In this document: positions 53,934 to 63,872 of the stretch, in pieces
Position numbering within the stretch: the first letter of the stretch is position 1
How the letters are laid out: each line of letters starts with the position of its first letter
Virus record (IMG/VR): IMGVR_UViG_3300045988_165550
Location: 1-64,000 of that record
DNA from: a virus
Length of the DNA stretch: 64,000 bases
Direction: 5' to 3' (one strand)
The notes under the pieces: generated by a model
Database searches by the model: none
What the model was told of the DNA's origin: nothing
What the model saw: the letters and a program-made list of their open reading frames with translations, nothing else
Position numbers and translations under genes: made by a program

Positions 53934-54711
53934 CGGCTGGTTCCTCCTTCATTTCTTTAGTCTGTTTGTCAGCCTCCTTCTCTTCCATCACCTCTTCCAT
54001 GTAGTCGAAGTAATCAGGAGCTTTCTCCGGAGTAGCATTCAGACTCTCCTCATCGGCTATCTGCTGCATATCCTTCACCGTCAAACCGTACTTGCGAGCC
54101 ATCTTGCGCTTATACTCATCGGTATAGTTGATACGGTCGTGCTTCACGATGCTTACATCCTGCGTAATGGCAATACGGCTCATATCCGGCATCTCATCCG
54201 TAGCATCCTTATCCTCCACGAAGTTGCCATATACATTAGCCAGGGCTTGCATACCCTTATCCACCGCGCGGTCGTTGTTCTGCTGCTTGCCTGTGCGGAT
54301 GAGCCATTCAGCGCTGCTCAGATACATCGCCTTGTGGCGAGGACTTTCATCGGTCTGGAAGAAACGGATAATGTGGTTGCAGACTGCCACATCATTATTC
54401 AGTTCCGTAACCGTGCGAGGTTTGATATTTCCTTCATCGTCAATATCAATATGCAGCGCCATCACCATTTCCTGCGCCTCTTTGTTGCCCTGTCCTGCCT
54501 GGTTCACGAAGAGCGTATAGTCGCGCCGTGCGATATTGCGGCAGGTGGTACGCGGGTCTATATCGTTGTTCTGCACCCAGCGTTTGTAGAACTCAGCACA
54601 AATCTGCATGCGGTACCGCTGTTCCAGTTTGGGGAACATCGTCTCCATGCTGAGACCATTTGATAGCCACTTGTCTATCCTCTGCAGGGTGTTTTGCGTT
54701 AATTGGCTCAT
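53926..54711 (-). CDS. hypothetical protein; possible small terminase subunit by position only
   Basis: First gene of the minus-strand operon that ends with terL. Acidic C-terminus. Confidence 0.25.
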   Translation of the reverse strand: MSQLTQNTLQRIDKWLSNGLSMETMFPKLEQRYRMQICAEFYKRWVQNNDIDPRTTCRNIARRDYTLFVNQAGQGNKEAQEMVMALHIDIDDEGNIKPRTVTELNNDVAVCNHIIRFFQTDESPRHKAMYLSSAEWLIRTGKQQNNDRAVDKGMQALANVYGNFVEDKDATDEMPDMSRIAITQDVSIVKHDRINYTDEYKRKMARKYGLTVKDMQQIADEESLNATPEKAPDYFDYMEEVMEEKEADKQTKEMKEEPADE

Positions 54712-54751
54712 TTTGCTTTGCAGTGTTTAATGTTATTTTTATATCTGCCCA

Positions 54752-54787
54752 CAAAATTACGAAATCTCCCCTAAATGGTTGGGACAA
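54752..54787 (-). promoter_or_regulatory. Promoter class B on the minus strand (TTGTCCC-N21-TAATTTTG)
   Basis: The plus strand shows CAAAATTA at 54752-54759 and GGGACAA at 54781-54787. Confidence 0.55.
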
Positions 54788-54793
54788 GGGAGA

Positions 54794-54883
54794 GATAGTT
54801 GACAGTTGATAGTTTATAGTTAATAGCATCCTTGCTCAAAGGCGTTAGCTTCTATAAACTATAAACTGTAAACTATAAACTAT
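54794..54883. repeat. Heptamer arrays forming an inverted repeat between divergent class B promoters
   Basis: Left arm 54794-54827 (GATAGTT GACAGTT GATAGTT TATAGTT AATAGC). Right arm 54848-54883 (CTATAAA CTATAAA CTGTAAA CTATAAA). Confidence 0.8.
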
Positions 54884-54886
54884 ATT

Positions 54887-54922
54887 TTGTCCCTAGCATA
54901 GGGCAAAAATATTCTACCTTTG
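54887..54922 (+). promoter_or_regulatory. Promoter class B (TTGTCCC-N21-TACCTTTG)
   Basis: TTGTCCC at 54887-54893, -7 box at 54915-54922. Confidence 0.6.
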
Positions 54923-54968
54923 CAATAGTATTAAGACAACATAGGATAACATTAAAAAGAAAAAAGAA

Positions 54969-55610
54969 ATGCAAAGTTTAATTCCAACTCTTACAAGGTT
55001 TTTTGCAGCCATTATCGGCTTAGTGTGGTGTACACTGGAACCATCTCTTAACTACATCGCCGTATGCTTCTTCGCCCTTATCTGCGACTGCTACACGGCA
55101 TGGCGCTGCAACTGCCGCATCTATTCCCGCTATCGGGAGGCTATCAAGAAAGATCCTCGATGCAAAATCGACGGGAAACTGAAATCTAAGAAAATGGCAA
55201 AGATGGTGAAAGATTTCTCCGTCCTCATTCTTGCGATATTCTTGGCCACGATGGTAGATACCGTCATACTCGATTTTCAGAACCCTCTTCATCTCGCTAA
55301 TTATCTTGCCGCCATTTATTGTGGTGTACAGCTCGTAAGTATTCTCGAAAACGAGAGTACCTGTAATGGGGCACCTTGGGCAAGAGTGATGCAGAAGATT
55401 GTAGCCGATAAAACCGAAAGGCACTTCAATGTGAAGCTGAAAGACTTGATGAAGGAAGAAGAAGAGGAAACTCCATCGGCTGAGAAGGCAGAGAAGGCTG
55501 AGAAGAAAGATGAAGTAGAAGCATCATCTGATAAGAAGGATAGCGAAAGTGATGCAGATAAGGATGAATGGGTTCCGTCGAAATCTGCCGACGATGCTTA
55601 CGACATATAG
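54969..55610 (+). CDS. holin-like membrane protein (phage holin family 4-like) with an acidic tail
   Basis: Multiple TM segments. ALICDCYTAW and KLKSKKMAKMVKDF resemble the lDyiTG / S+k..G..kK pattern of that holin family. Confidence 0.45.
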   Translation: MQSLIPTLTRFFAAIIGLVWCTLEPSLNYIAVCFFALICDCYTAWRCNCRIYSRYREAIKKDPRCKIDGKLKSKKMAKMVKDFSVLILAIFLATMVDTVILDFQNPLHLANYLAAIYCGVQLVSILENESTCNGAPWARVMQKIVADKTERHFNVKLKDLMKEEEEETPSAEKAEKAEKKDEVEASSDKKDSESDADKDEWVPSKSADDAYDI

Positions 55611-55672
55611 TGTCAATAACTCTTAATTTCTGTACGCTATCAGTTAATAATGTGTTAAAATCCCTTTGAATT

Positions 55673-56260
55673 ATGACAATATCAAATGTTTTGGAACACT
55701 GGGCTACGATCTACAAGCCCTTATCCCATGACCCGACAAGCAAGAAGCTGGAAGAACAGAGTTTCTTCCGCATTCGTGATATTGACGAGGAAAATATCTT
55801 TTCCCGAAACGCCAATATTATTCACTCTCCCTGTATGCTCTATCGTGTGGTTAACTCCGGAGAATTGAAATCGGATAAGCAAGCCCTGATTACTTATCAG
55901 GTCTGTTTCCTTACCAGACTGAAAGATTCCTCTGCTACGTTGGGCAGATATGATGGCAGCAAATTGCAGGCTGCATCGGATGATCTGATGGAGTATTGCG
56001 AAGACCTCGCCTCTTATCTCACTCAGCTTCGCCGCACGGGTATCTGTCCTATCACGGGCAGAAACTTCAAGACGGAAGAGCCTAAATTGGGCATAGAGTT
56101 ATCATCCGTCGATATAGAGAGTTTTGCCTATGGTGTAAACCCTCTTTTCCGTGGTCCGAGCTGGCTCCTTGCTGATTGTTATTGGCAGACTATCCGTCCG
56201 CTATATAACTTCCAATGCGGGAAGGAGCAGAAATATATCATTCCTGCATCGACTAAATAG
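55673..56260 (+). CDS. hypothetical protein (tail-module position)
   Basis: 195-aa ORF upstream of the tape measure gene. Confidence 0.55.
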   Translation: MTISNVLEHWATIYKPLSHDPTSKKLEEQSFFRIRDIDEENIFSRNANIIHSPCMLYRVVNSGELKSDKQALITYQVCFLTRLKDSSATLGRYDGSKLQAASDDLMEYCEDLASYLTQLRRTGICPITGRNFKTEEPKLGIELSSVDIESFAYGVNPLFRGPSWLLADCYWQTIRPLYNFQCGKEQKYIIPASTK

Positions 56261-56274
56261 AAAGGAAACGGCTT

Positions 56275-56838
56275 ATGGGAATCAAGACTAAACCCATCCA
56301 ATCGCCTTTTGCGCCTTTGAAAGATGTAGCCGGAATCTATCTCAAGCAGGCTTTGCTCGATATTCAGTTGAACTTCCAGAAGCAGCGTATCTACCCTACA
56401 GAGGTATATCGTGGCTACGAGAAGGTAAACCAATACCGGAGAAAGCACCACATGTGGTGGTCAAGAGGCGATGGCGCAAAATCCTTTGAGGGTACAGTAT
56501 ATCAGGCTAATGAGGAGACGGGTGAACTCACCGTAGGTATTCGCTACAACGATTATCTGAAGTTCGTGGATATTGGTGTAGGTCTGACCGGAAATCCTCA
56601 CGATCCAGAAGCTCATATCACGGCTGACAAGGTGGACCGAGTAAGGAAGGCGAAGTACAACACCCGATATATCAGAAAGTGGGATAGAAGGGAAGGTAAA
56701 TCTCACCGTCCGGCTATCATGCGAACCATTCGCAGACTGAAAACGAGATATGAGAACCATCTTGCCGATTACTACGGCTGGCAGGCTATCATGCAGATAG
56801 CAAAGGCGCTGGAGGATGACGGAATCAAGAGAGAATAA
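56275..56838 (+). CDS. hypothetical protein (tail-module position)
   Basis: 187-aa ORF immediately upstream of the tape measure gene. Confidence 0.55.
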   Translation: MGIKTKPIQSPFAPLKDVAGIYLKQALLDIQLNFQKQRIYPTEVYRGYEKVNQYRRKHHMWWSRGDGAKSFEGTVYQANEETGELTVGIRYNDYLKFVDIGVGLTGNPHDPEAHITADKVDRVRKAKYNTRYIRKWDRREGKSHRPAIMRTIRRLKTRYENHLADYYGWQAIMQIAKALEDDGIKRE

Positions 56839-56858
56839 TATTTTAAAAGAAAAAGATT

Positions 56859-59800
56859 ATGGCAGGTAAAATAGAATCCATCATTACGATGGACGGCAAG
56901 CAGCCTATCAAAGTGCTGCAACTCCTTCTCGATAAGGCAAAGGAGCTTACCGATCAGATGAAGCAGATGAAGCCTGGCACAGAGGAATACAAGGAGGCAG
57001 AGGCGAAAGTGAAAGCCTTGCAGTCTGCCCAGGTTCAGACCATCAAGACGACGGAGCGGCTGGAAGCTGTGGTTAATAACCTCGGTAATACTTCGCTCCG
57101 TAACCTTCGCCGTGCATTGGGTGAAGGCAAGCGCAAACTGGAAGGCCTTTCTGAAGCAGAGGAGGAAGAAGCAAAACATATCCGCTCTCTGATGAAGGAA
57201 GTAGGCGACGAGGTGCGATTGCTCGAAGGCAAGTATGTGAAGATTGAAAAAGGACTGAAGAACGTAAGGAATCAATCTGACCAATGGCTTAGTAAGGCTA
57301 TTGTTCAACAGAAAGACCTCGTGGCTTCACTCGAAAAGACAGGTACTTCATATCATCACAACCTCAGTACCTTAAAGCAACTGGAGGCAGAAGAGGATAG
57401 ACGCAAAGGGAAGATGGGCATATCGGAAGCTCGCCAAGCAGTAAGTGACAGCAACGCTTCTGCGTCCGATTTGCGCCGTGCCAAGGCTACGATTACAGAA
57501 GTTCGTGACAGAGTACCTATCGGTAACGCAAGTGCTATAGAAACTTATAATCGCGAACTTCAAACGATTGAAGAGCGTTTGAATGCCGTATCGGGCAAGG
57601 CTCAGAAGGCAGCGATCAGTTGGCAGCAGATGCGACAGGTTTTATCAAACCCTGGCAAGGCTTCGGGTGAGGACATTAAGCGCACAATGGACGCTATTCA
57701 GCAGAAAATTCAGCAACTCCCTGCTGGAAGCAAGGCTGTATCTGATTTACGCAGACAATATGCCCAGTTGGAGCAAACTCTGAAAGGCACTCGCCTCTCG
57801 CAAGCGCAGCTCAATGATATAGTTGCCCGCAGTAAGACTGGCAAGGCAAATATCAATGAGCTGAGACAAACTTATAAGCAGTTGGAGGAGGAACTGAATC
57901 TAATTAATACTAAGAGCGAGGCTTTTGCAAACAGACAGAAGGAGCTGAAGAATCTCAAGAAGGTTATTGATGATGCAACGGGTGCAGCCAACAAGCAAAG
58001 CAATGCCTGGCGTACGGCATTAAAGAACCTTACGGCATACGTGGGTATGTTTGCGGTATTCAATCAGGCTAAAACTTTACTTACTGGTGTTATTCAGAAG
58101 AACCTGGATATGTCAGACTCGCTGGCCAACATTCGTAAGGTTTCAGGCTTACTTCATCAGGATATTGACAAGATGGCGGTATCTCTGTCTAAGATTGATA
58201 CCCGTACATCTGTGCAGGAACTTCAGAACATCGCTTATGCTGGTGCAAAACTCGGTATTGGTGAGTATGGACCGGAAGGACTGGAGTCGTTTGTAAAGGC
58301 CGCCAACCAGGTAAACGTGGCATTGAAGGAAGACCTCGGTGATGAAGCGCTGTCTGCACTTTCCAAGATAACTGAAGTAATGGGACTTATCCCTAAGATG
58401 GGTGTAGAACAGAGTATGTTGAAGACGGGTAGCGCTATCTTCAAACTGGCATCTACCTCTACTGCTACGTCTGGAAAGATTATTGATTTTAGTAATCGCC
58501 TCCTCGCTATGGGTAAGGTCGGTGCGCTTTCTACATCCGATATTCTTGCTCTTGGTGCAGCCGTAGATAGTATGGCGATTGAGCCAGAAGTAGCAAGTAC
58601 TGCATTCGCAAAACTGATTACAGAGATACGAAAGGGAACATCTTCTATTGAACATGATCTTGGCTTGGCAAAGGGTACACTTTCTGAATTTCTGAAAGAG
58701 GGTAGGGGTATTGAAGCCCTGCAGACTATATTCCATAAGATGCGTGAATCAGGCAATGTCTTTGCCCTGGATAGTCTCTTTAAGGATCTGGGTTCGGATG
58801 GCTCTCGCCTTATTAAGGTAATGGTTACGATGGCAGAAAAGGCAGATATGCTCGATAAAGCTGTAGCTACCTCTCGTAAGGCTTTCGATGAAGGTATGGC
58901 CGTAACCCAGGAGTATAACATCCAGCAGGATACTGCAAAGGGTATTCTTGAGCGTGCCAACAATATGTGGAATAAGGCATTTACAAATCCTGACGGAATT
59001 AACTCCGTAAAGCAGTTGACGATAGCCTGGTATAATCTATCTCGTGCCTTGACAACCTCCACTGCATCCCAGAAAGCTGTTTTGGGTACGATAGACCTAC
59101 TTGTGCTTTCCTGCAAAACACTGATAGCATTGTTGCCTTCTCTCTTTGGCTTCTTCATTGGTAAGGGTCTCGCTATGGCAGCAGTTCAGCTTGTCAATAT
59201 CAGTAAGGCTGTATGGGCTTGGGTTATTGCGCAGAAAGCTTTGAATCTGGCCATGGCATCAAATGTTTTTGGTTTGGTTCTCGGAGTTCTGTCAACGCTT
59301 TACGCTTATTTTCAAAAGAATGCCAACGCAGCGCAGGATGCAGCCAATGCCGCCGACCATTTTACAAAATCATTAAGCGGAGTAAAATCTGAAGTAGGAC
59401 GTGCTACTCTTGAGCTGGACGGCTATAAGCGTGCCATCGACGGTGCTAAGAAAGGTACAAAGGAAAGACAGGCAGCTATAGATCAGTTTAATAATAAGTT
59501 CGGTTCTTATCTTTCCAAGCTGCTTACCGAGAAGTCAACTGTAAACGACTTAAAGAAAGCCTACAATGAAGCTGCCAATGCCATTGAGCGCAAAGTGATG
59601 GCTCAGGCTGCTGAGAAGGATATTCAACAACATGTGGCACCAAAGGCTGGAAGAGAAGCGCAGTTGCTTTACAACTACGACCAGCAAGCGCAGAAAAACA
59701 AAATGGGTCAGTATGGTAGTTCCTGGCTGAAGGCTTTTGTGGATGATAATCTCGCAAAGCATGGATTGAATTACACAATCAATGAAGTTATCAGGCGTAG

Positions 59801-62800
59801 TGGTGTTGGCAAAAATTATGGTTCTCAGCATAATAAAGGCTTAATTACAGCTATTAAGAACACGAATGGCACTCCATCCGCCGGTTATAGTTGGATCTCT
59901 TCTTCTAAGGGTGTTTATGGAGAAAAACATATTGACCATAATAGTGATAAATATTCTGATCAGGAACGGATGACTGCCATGGCGGTTGCTTACATCCGCC
60001 AGCGCGGAGCACGCGTAAAGTCACAGCAGGAAGTTGAAAAGAAATACAAAGATTTTCCTGGGATATTTGTTACAGAAATCCCTGGAGGTGTTAATACTGG
60101 AGGCGACGGTGGCGATTCCGGCAACAACGGCTCTGGCGGTGGCAAGAATACTCCAAAGACCGATAACACTGCTAAAAACGAGGAGCAGAAGGCAAAGACC
60201 CGCGCCAATGCCCTTATTGCCAATATCAAGGCTTTCTATGAAGAGCAGAAGCGTAAGTACCTGGAATGGGTAACGCAGATGAATGCTGATGGCGAGAAGG
60301 TAAGCGAGGGTCAGCAGCAGCAGATGCTTGCTCTTCTCGACGCTAAGACGAAGACGGCACTCGGTACGGCTCGTAAGTCTATCGCAACGATGAGTGATGA
60401 TTTTAAGAAGTTTTTCTCTCACATGGATGAGGATGTGCTTATCTATGATGATGAAACTTCCAAGTCCTTGTTGGAGTCTATCGGCAAATCGGATATTAGT
60501 GAGCTGCACGATCTTTTCCAAAAGCTATCGGGTGATTTGTCACGAGAGAACAATAAGACGCTCTCAGAGAACCTGGGTGCTCTTCTTGATCAAATCTTTG
60601 CCAATGGCTCTAAGGAATTGCGTGAGGCAGCAGAAAAACTTCTTGCCCAGCAGCGGGAGATTCAGAAGATACTCAACGAGAATGACTACACGGGCGCAGT
60701 CAACCGTTCTACTCGTAGTAATTTCGATAAGCTCAGATTCCTTCGCCCAGCGAGTGGGGTAGATGCAGCTACAGAGGAAGGCCTTCAGAAAATGAATGAC
60801 GCGTTCGACAAACTCACAACAAAGGCTCGCTCAACGGTGGCTATACTCTATACCATCAATCCGGAAAGTCAGCGTTTCCAGCAACAGTTTCTTGATTATC
60901 TTTCCGTAGCAAATAGCGGTTTCGATTTTGCAAAGCTCAATACGCAGGAGTTAAAGGCACTCTATATCGAGCTGATTAAATATACGGATAGCTACACCGA
61001 GGCAGAGAAACGTAAGTACGACTATGCAAAGAAGATTGCCGATCAAGCCTGGGCGGTAAATAAGCGCAATCTTGCCAACCAGGAAGCTCTTCGCAAGATG
61101 CAGCAGGAAAGTGCGCTCTTCGGTAAGCGAACCAATATGTGGTCTAACCTCGGTCTTGGTGATCTCACCGCCGACCCAGAGGTGGAGCTGATGAAGATGA
61201 AGATGCAGATGGCAGAAGATTATTATGCTTTCGTTTTCAAAAACTCACGTAACAAGCAGCTCCTCGACGAAGCAGACAAGGCTCGGCAGGAGGCAGAACT
61301 TGCCTATGTCAACCAAATGGCAACGGCGATGAAGAACCGCCTTTCTCAGATGCAGCAGCTCGTGCAGCCTATCGAAACCTTCGGTGCAGAGGTAGGCAAG
61401 GCATTTGCCGAAATGCGTAACGACGTAAGCAGCGCACAGGAAGCTATCAAGAACGCTCTGAAGTCTATGCTTGAGTCATGGGCTAATATGGCACTCAATG
61501 ACGTGAATACGCAGATGTGGAAGGCTATCAATGATGCAGGTGCCAAACGTGGTAAGAGGAAAGCACAACCTGGTATTGATGCAGCGAGAGCCAACGCTGA
61601 TGCCAATGCCGTGAAGGAGGATTTCTCGAATCTCGGCACAAAGGCGAACCCGATGTATGTGCGACTGGTGGATGAGGGTGCAGCTTACCTTACTCCGCAG
61701 CCGCAGTCTAACTTTGAGAAGATGACTCCACAGCAGCCTTCTCTCGGTTGGAATCCTGATGGTACACCTATCAATCCTAACAGTCAGGCTATTGTGCCTC
61801 CTTATGCGCCTCCTGCTACTCCTGAGCAGCAGAATACGCAATCACAGGGCAGTGGCGCGCCTCGTGCATGGGAGCATCGCAACAGAGACAATGCTAATGC
61901 GTTCTACAATGATGCCGCAACACAAACTGGTGCAGCAGCCGCCGATGCTATCGCAGGTGGCGGTTCCTTTGCTGATGCCGCAGCCGGTATCACTGGTTCC
62001 TTCATCGGCGGTGTGATGAATACCGAGTTCAAGACTGGCGGCGGCAAATCCAAGGAAGACAAGGAGAAAGCCGAGCAGTTAAAGAAAGAGAAGAAGCACC
62101 AGAAGGAACTGAGCAAAGAGGTAAAGAAGGGCAATAAGGATCGTGAGAAGGTTACAACGCAGGGTGTTCAGAACATCACGAATGTGACGGATGCCGGAAA
62201 CAAGGAGCAGACCGAGGGCACAAAGATAGCCTTGAATACAGGTATGGCTATGACCCAAACGGCGCTCACTGAGAACCTTAATAAAACGCAGGAAAATAAC
62301 GAGGCCATCATTCAATCGGATGCGGACCGCACGCAAGCAGGAATGACCTTCTCTATTGCTGGTGCCATCGGTAAGTGTTTCGACTTCTTGGGTCCTATTG
62401 CGGGTCCTATTGCAGCTGCGGGTGTGATGGCTACCCTCATGGGCTTGCTCCAGTGGGCACTCAACTCTGCATTCAGCGGCGGCAAGAAGAAGAGTAATAC
62501 CAATACCACCAATACCAAGCTTGTAACCGGTATGCTTACCTATGATTCCGGAAACGTTCAAGACTTGAAGCCATTTGTGGACGAAAATGGTGAATTGTAC
62601 TGGATGGCTGATGATAATGATAAAGAACAGGGCAAGAAGCCGTTCATGGCCAATAACGGCGAAGTGTATTGGACAACTGAGGATGATGGCAGACAGATGC
62701 AGGGTGTGAAGATGCTTACATCTCCAACCGCTACTACTGTGAACGGGCAGCCGTCTCTCGTAGCCGAGAGAGGACCAGAAATCGTCATTGGTAGGGAAAC

Positions 62801-63146
62801 TACCCATGCGATGATGATGAACAACCCAGGCTTGCTGAAAGCACTCGTCAACTACGACCGCAACTACTCAGGAAGAAACTCAGCAAGAAGGGCATTTGAT
62901 GATGGCAACGTGGGTGATGTTCTTGCAGCAGGCACGCAAGCAGGCAATGGTAATCTTTCGCCTGGCGCATCAGCGGCAGGCGACCTGGTTTCCGCAAGCA
63001 TTGCAAGCAATGCGGCTCTCCTGCAAGCCGTGAATGCGCTCATTCAGCGTCTGAATGAACCTATCAACGCCAAGATCAATATGTACGGTCGTGACGGACT
63101 GCATGATAGCCTGAATAAGGCTAATCAGTTTATGAAGAACAAGTAG
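56859..63146 (+). CDS. tail tape measure protein (2095 aa)
   Basis: Long coiled-coil regions. A TP901-type core-like segment (...AYAGAKLGIGEYGPEGLESFVKAANQVNVALKEDLGDEALSALSKITEVMG...). Central hydrophobic segments, G-rich linkers, and a size typical of tape measure proteins. Confidence 0.85.
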   Translation: MAGKIESIITMDGKQPIKVLQLLLDKAKELTDQMKQMKPGTEEYKEAEAKVKALQSAQVQTIKTTERLEAVVNNLGNTSLRNLRRALGEGKRKLEGLSEAEEEEAKHIRSLMKEVGDEVRLLEGKYVKIEKGLKNVRNQSDQWLSKAIVQQKDLVASLEKTGTSYHHNLSTLKQLEAEEDRRKGKMGISEARQAVSDSNASASDLRRAKATITEVRDRVPIGNASAIETYNRELQTIEERLNAVSGKAQKAAISWQQMRQVLSNPGKASGEDIKRTMDAIQQKIQQLPAGSKAVSDLRRQYAQLEQTLKGTRLSQAQLNDIVARSKTGKANINELRQTYKQLEEELNLINTKSEAFANRQKELKNLKKVIDDATGAANKQSNAWRTALKNLTAYVGMFAVFNQAKTLLTGVIQKNLDMSDSLANIRKVSGLLHQDIDKMAVSLSKIDTRTSVQELQNIAYAGAKLGIGEYGPEGLESFVKAANQVNVALKEDLGDEALSALSKITEVMGLIPKMGVEQSMLKTGSAIFKLASTSTATSGKIIDFSNRLLAMGKVGALSTSDILALGAAVDSMAIEPEVASTAFAKLITEIRKGTSSIEHDLGLAKGTLSEFLKEGRGIEALQTIFHKMRESGNVFALDSLFKDLGSDGSRLIKVMVTMAEKADMLDKAVATSRKAFDEGMAVTQEYNIQQDTAKGILERANNMWNKAFTNPDGINSVKQLTIAWYNLSRALTTSTASQKAVLGTIDLLVLSCKTLIALLPSLFGFFIGKGLAMAAVQLVNISKAVWAWVIAQKALNLAMASNVFGLVLGVLSTLYAYFQKNANAAQDAANAADHFTKSLSGVKSEVGRATLELDGYKRAIDGAKKGTKERQAAIDQFNNKFGSYLSKLLTEKSTVNDLKKAYNEAANAIERKVMAQAAEKDIQQHVAPKAGREAQLLYNYDQQAQKNKMGQYGSSWLKAFVDDNLAKHGLNYTINEVIRRSGVGKNYGSQHNKGLITAIKNTNGTPSAGYSWISSSKGVYGEKHIDHNSDKYSDQERMTAMAVAYIRQRGARVKSQQEVEKKYKDFPGIFVTEIPGGVNTGGDGGDSGNNGSGGGKNTPKTDNTAKNEEQKAKTRANALIANIKAFYEEQKRKYLEWVTQMNADGEKVSEGQQQQMLALLDAKTKTALGTARKSIATMSDDFKKFFSHMDEDVLIYDDETSKSLLESIGKSDISELHDLFQKLSGDLSRENNKTLSENLGALLDQIFANGSKELREAAEKLLAQQREIQKILNENDYTGAVNRSTRSNFDKLRFLRPASGVDAATEEGLQKMNDAFDKLTTKARSTVAILYTINPESQRFQQQFLDYLSVANSGFDFAKLNTQELKALYIELIKYTDSYTEAEKRKYDYAKKIADQAWAVNKRNLANQEALRKMQQESALFGKRTNMWSNLGLGDLTADPEVELMKMKMQMAEDYYAFVFKNSRNKQLLDEADKARQEAELAYVNQMATAMKNRLSQMQQLVQPIETFGAEVGKAFAEMRNDVSSAQEAIKNALKSMLESWANMALNDVNTQMWKAINDAGAKRGKRKAQPGIDAARANADANAVKEDFSNLGTKANPMYVRLVDEGAAYLTPQPQSNFEKMTPQQPSLGWNPDGTPINPNSQAIVPPYAPPATPEQQNTQSQGSGAPRAWEHRNRDNANAFYNDAATQTGAAAADAIAGGGSFADAAAGITGSFIGGVMNTEFKTGGGKSKEDKEKAEQLKKEKKHQKELSKEVKKGNKDREKVTTQGVQNITNVTDAGNKEQTEGTKIALNTGMAMTQTALTENLNKTQENNEAIIQSDADRTQAGMTFSIAGAIGKCFDFLGPIAGPIAAAGVMATLMGLLQWALNSAFSGGKKKSNTNTTNTKLVTGMLTYDSGNVQDLKPFVDENGELYWMADDNDKEQGKKPFMANNGEVYWTTEDDGRQMQGVKMLTSPTATTVNGQPSLVAERGPEIVIGRETTHAMMMNNPGLLKALVNYDRNYSGRNSARRAFDDGNVGDVLAAGTQAGNGNLSPGASAAGDLVSASIASNAALLQAVNALIQRLNEPINAKINMYGRDGLHDSLNKANQFMKNK

Positions 63147-63209
63147 AAAACGATTTTTTGTTGATTGTTTAGTTGTTAGTTTTTAAAGTTTTAGTTAATT
63201 GTTAGCAGG

Positions 63210-63241
63210 GCTGCTCCGCTGTGAAGCGTGGCAGCTTTTTT
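63210..63241 (+). terminator. Rho-independent terminator after the tape measure gene (GCTGC..CGCT gtga AGCG..GCAGC + TTTTTT)
   Basis: Read directly. Confidence 0.7.
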
Positions 63242-63872
63242 GTCTGCGGATTTCAAATCCGCAGGAACGCCTAACGGACACAATTTCTTTTTGGTCCCAT
63301 TTTGCGACCAAGCCCATCATTTAGTGGGCTTTTGATAACTCGCTGATTTAGTGGGCTTTTTGGTCTCAAAAGCATATCTTTGTCCCATTTTTCCCCGAAA
63401 TTCACTACTATATATAAAAATTTCCGTGTATTTTTTCTTTTCCCTAAAATCAAAAACCCCTAACCTCAAACTAGAAGTTAGTAGCATTAACGGCTTTGCC
63501 GTAAACATCAGACAATAAGGTAGTTATGAGGATATAAGGGAGTGGCAGCTAGCGAGAGAAATGCAGGATTTTCTACATATTTTCTGCATATTCCAAATAT
63601 ATTTTTGCATTCCTGCGTACATTAGTTTATAGAAATTAATTAAAAAATGAGACCAAAAATAAGAAAATCGCTGAAAAACAAGCAAATAGCAAAAAATCGT
63701 AGGGGGCTAGCAGTGGGACAATGGTGGGTCAGCAGTGGGGCAAAATCCCTCATTTTCTTCATTAGGGGACTTTAACATTTCGCCCTTCAAAATAAAAATG
63801 GGACCAAAATGAGACTTTTGAGACCAAAATCGGAAGTTTGGTCCCATTTTTGAAAAAACATCCTTTTCGCTT

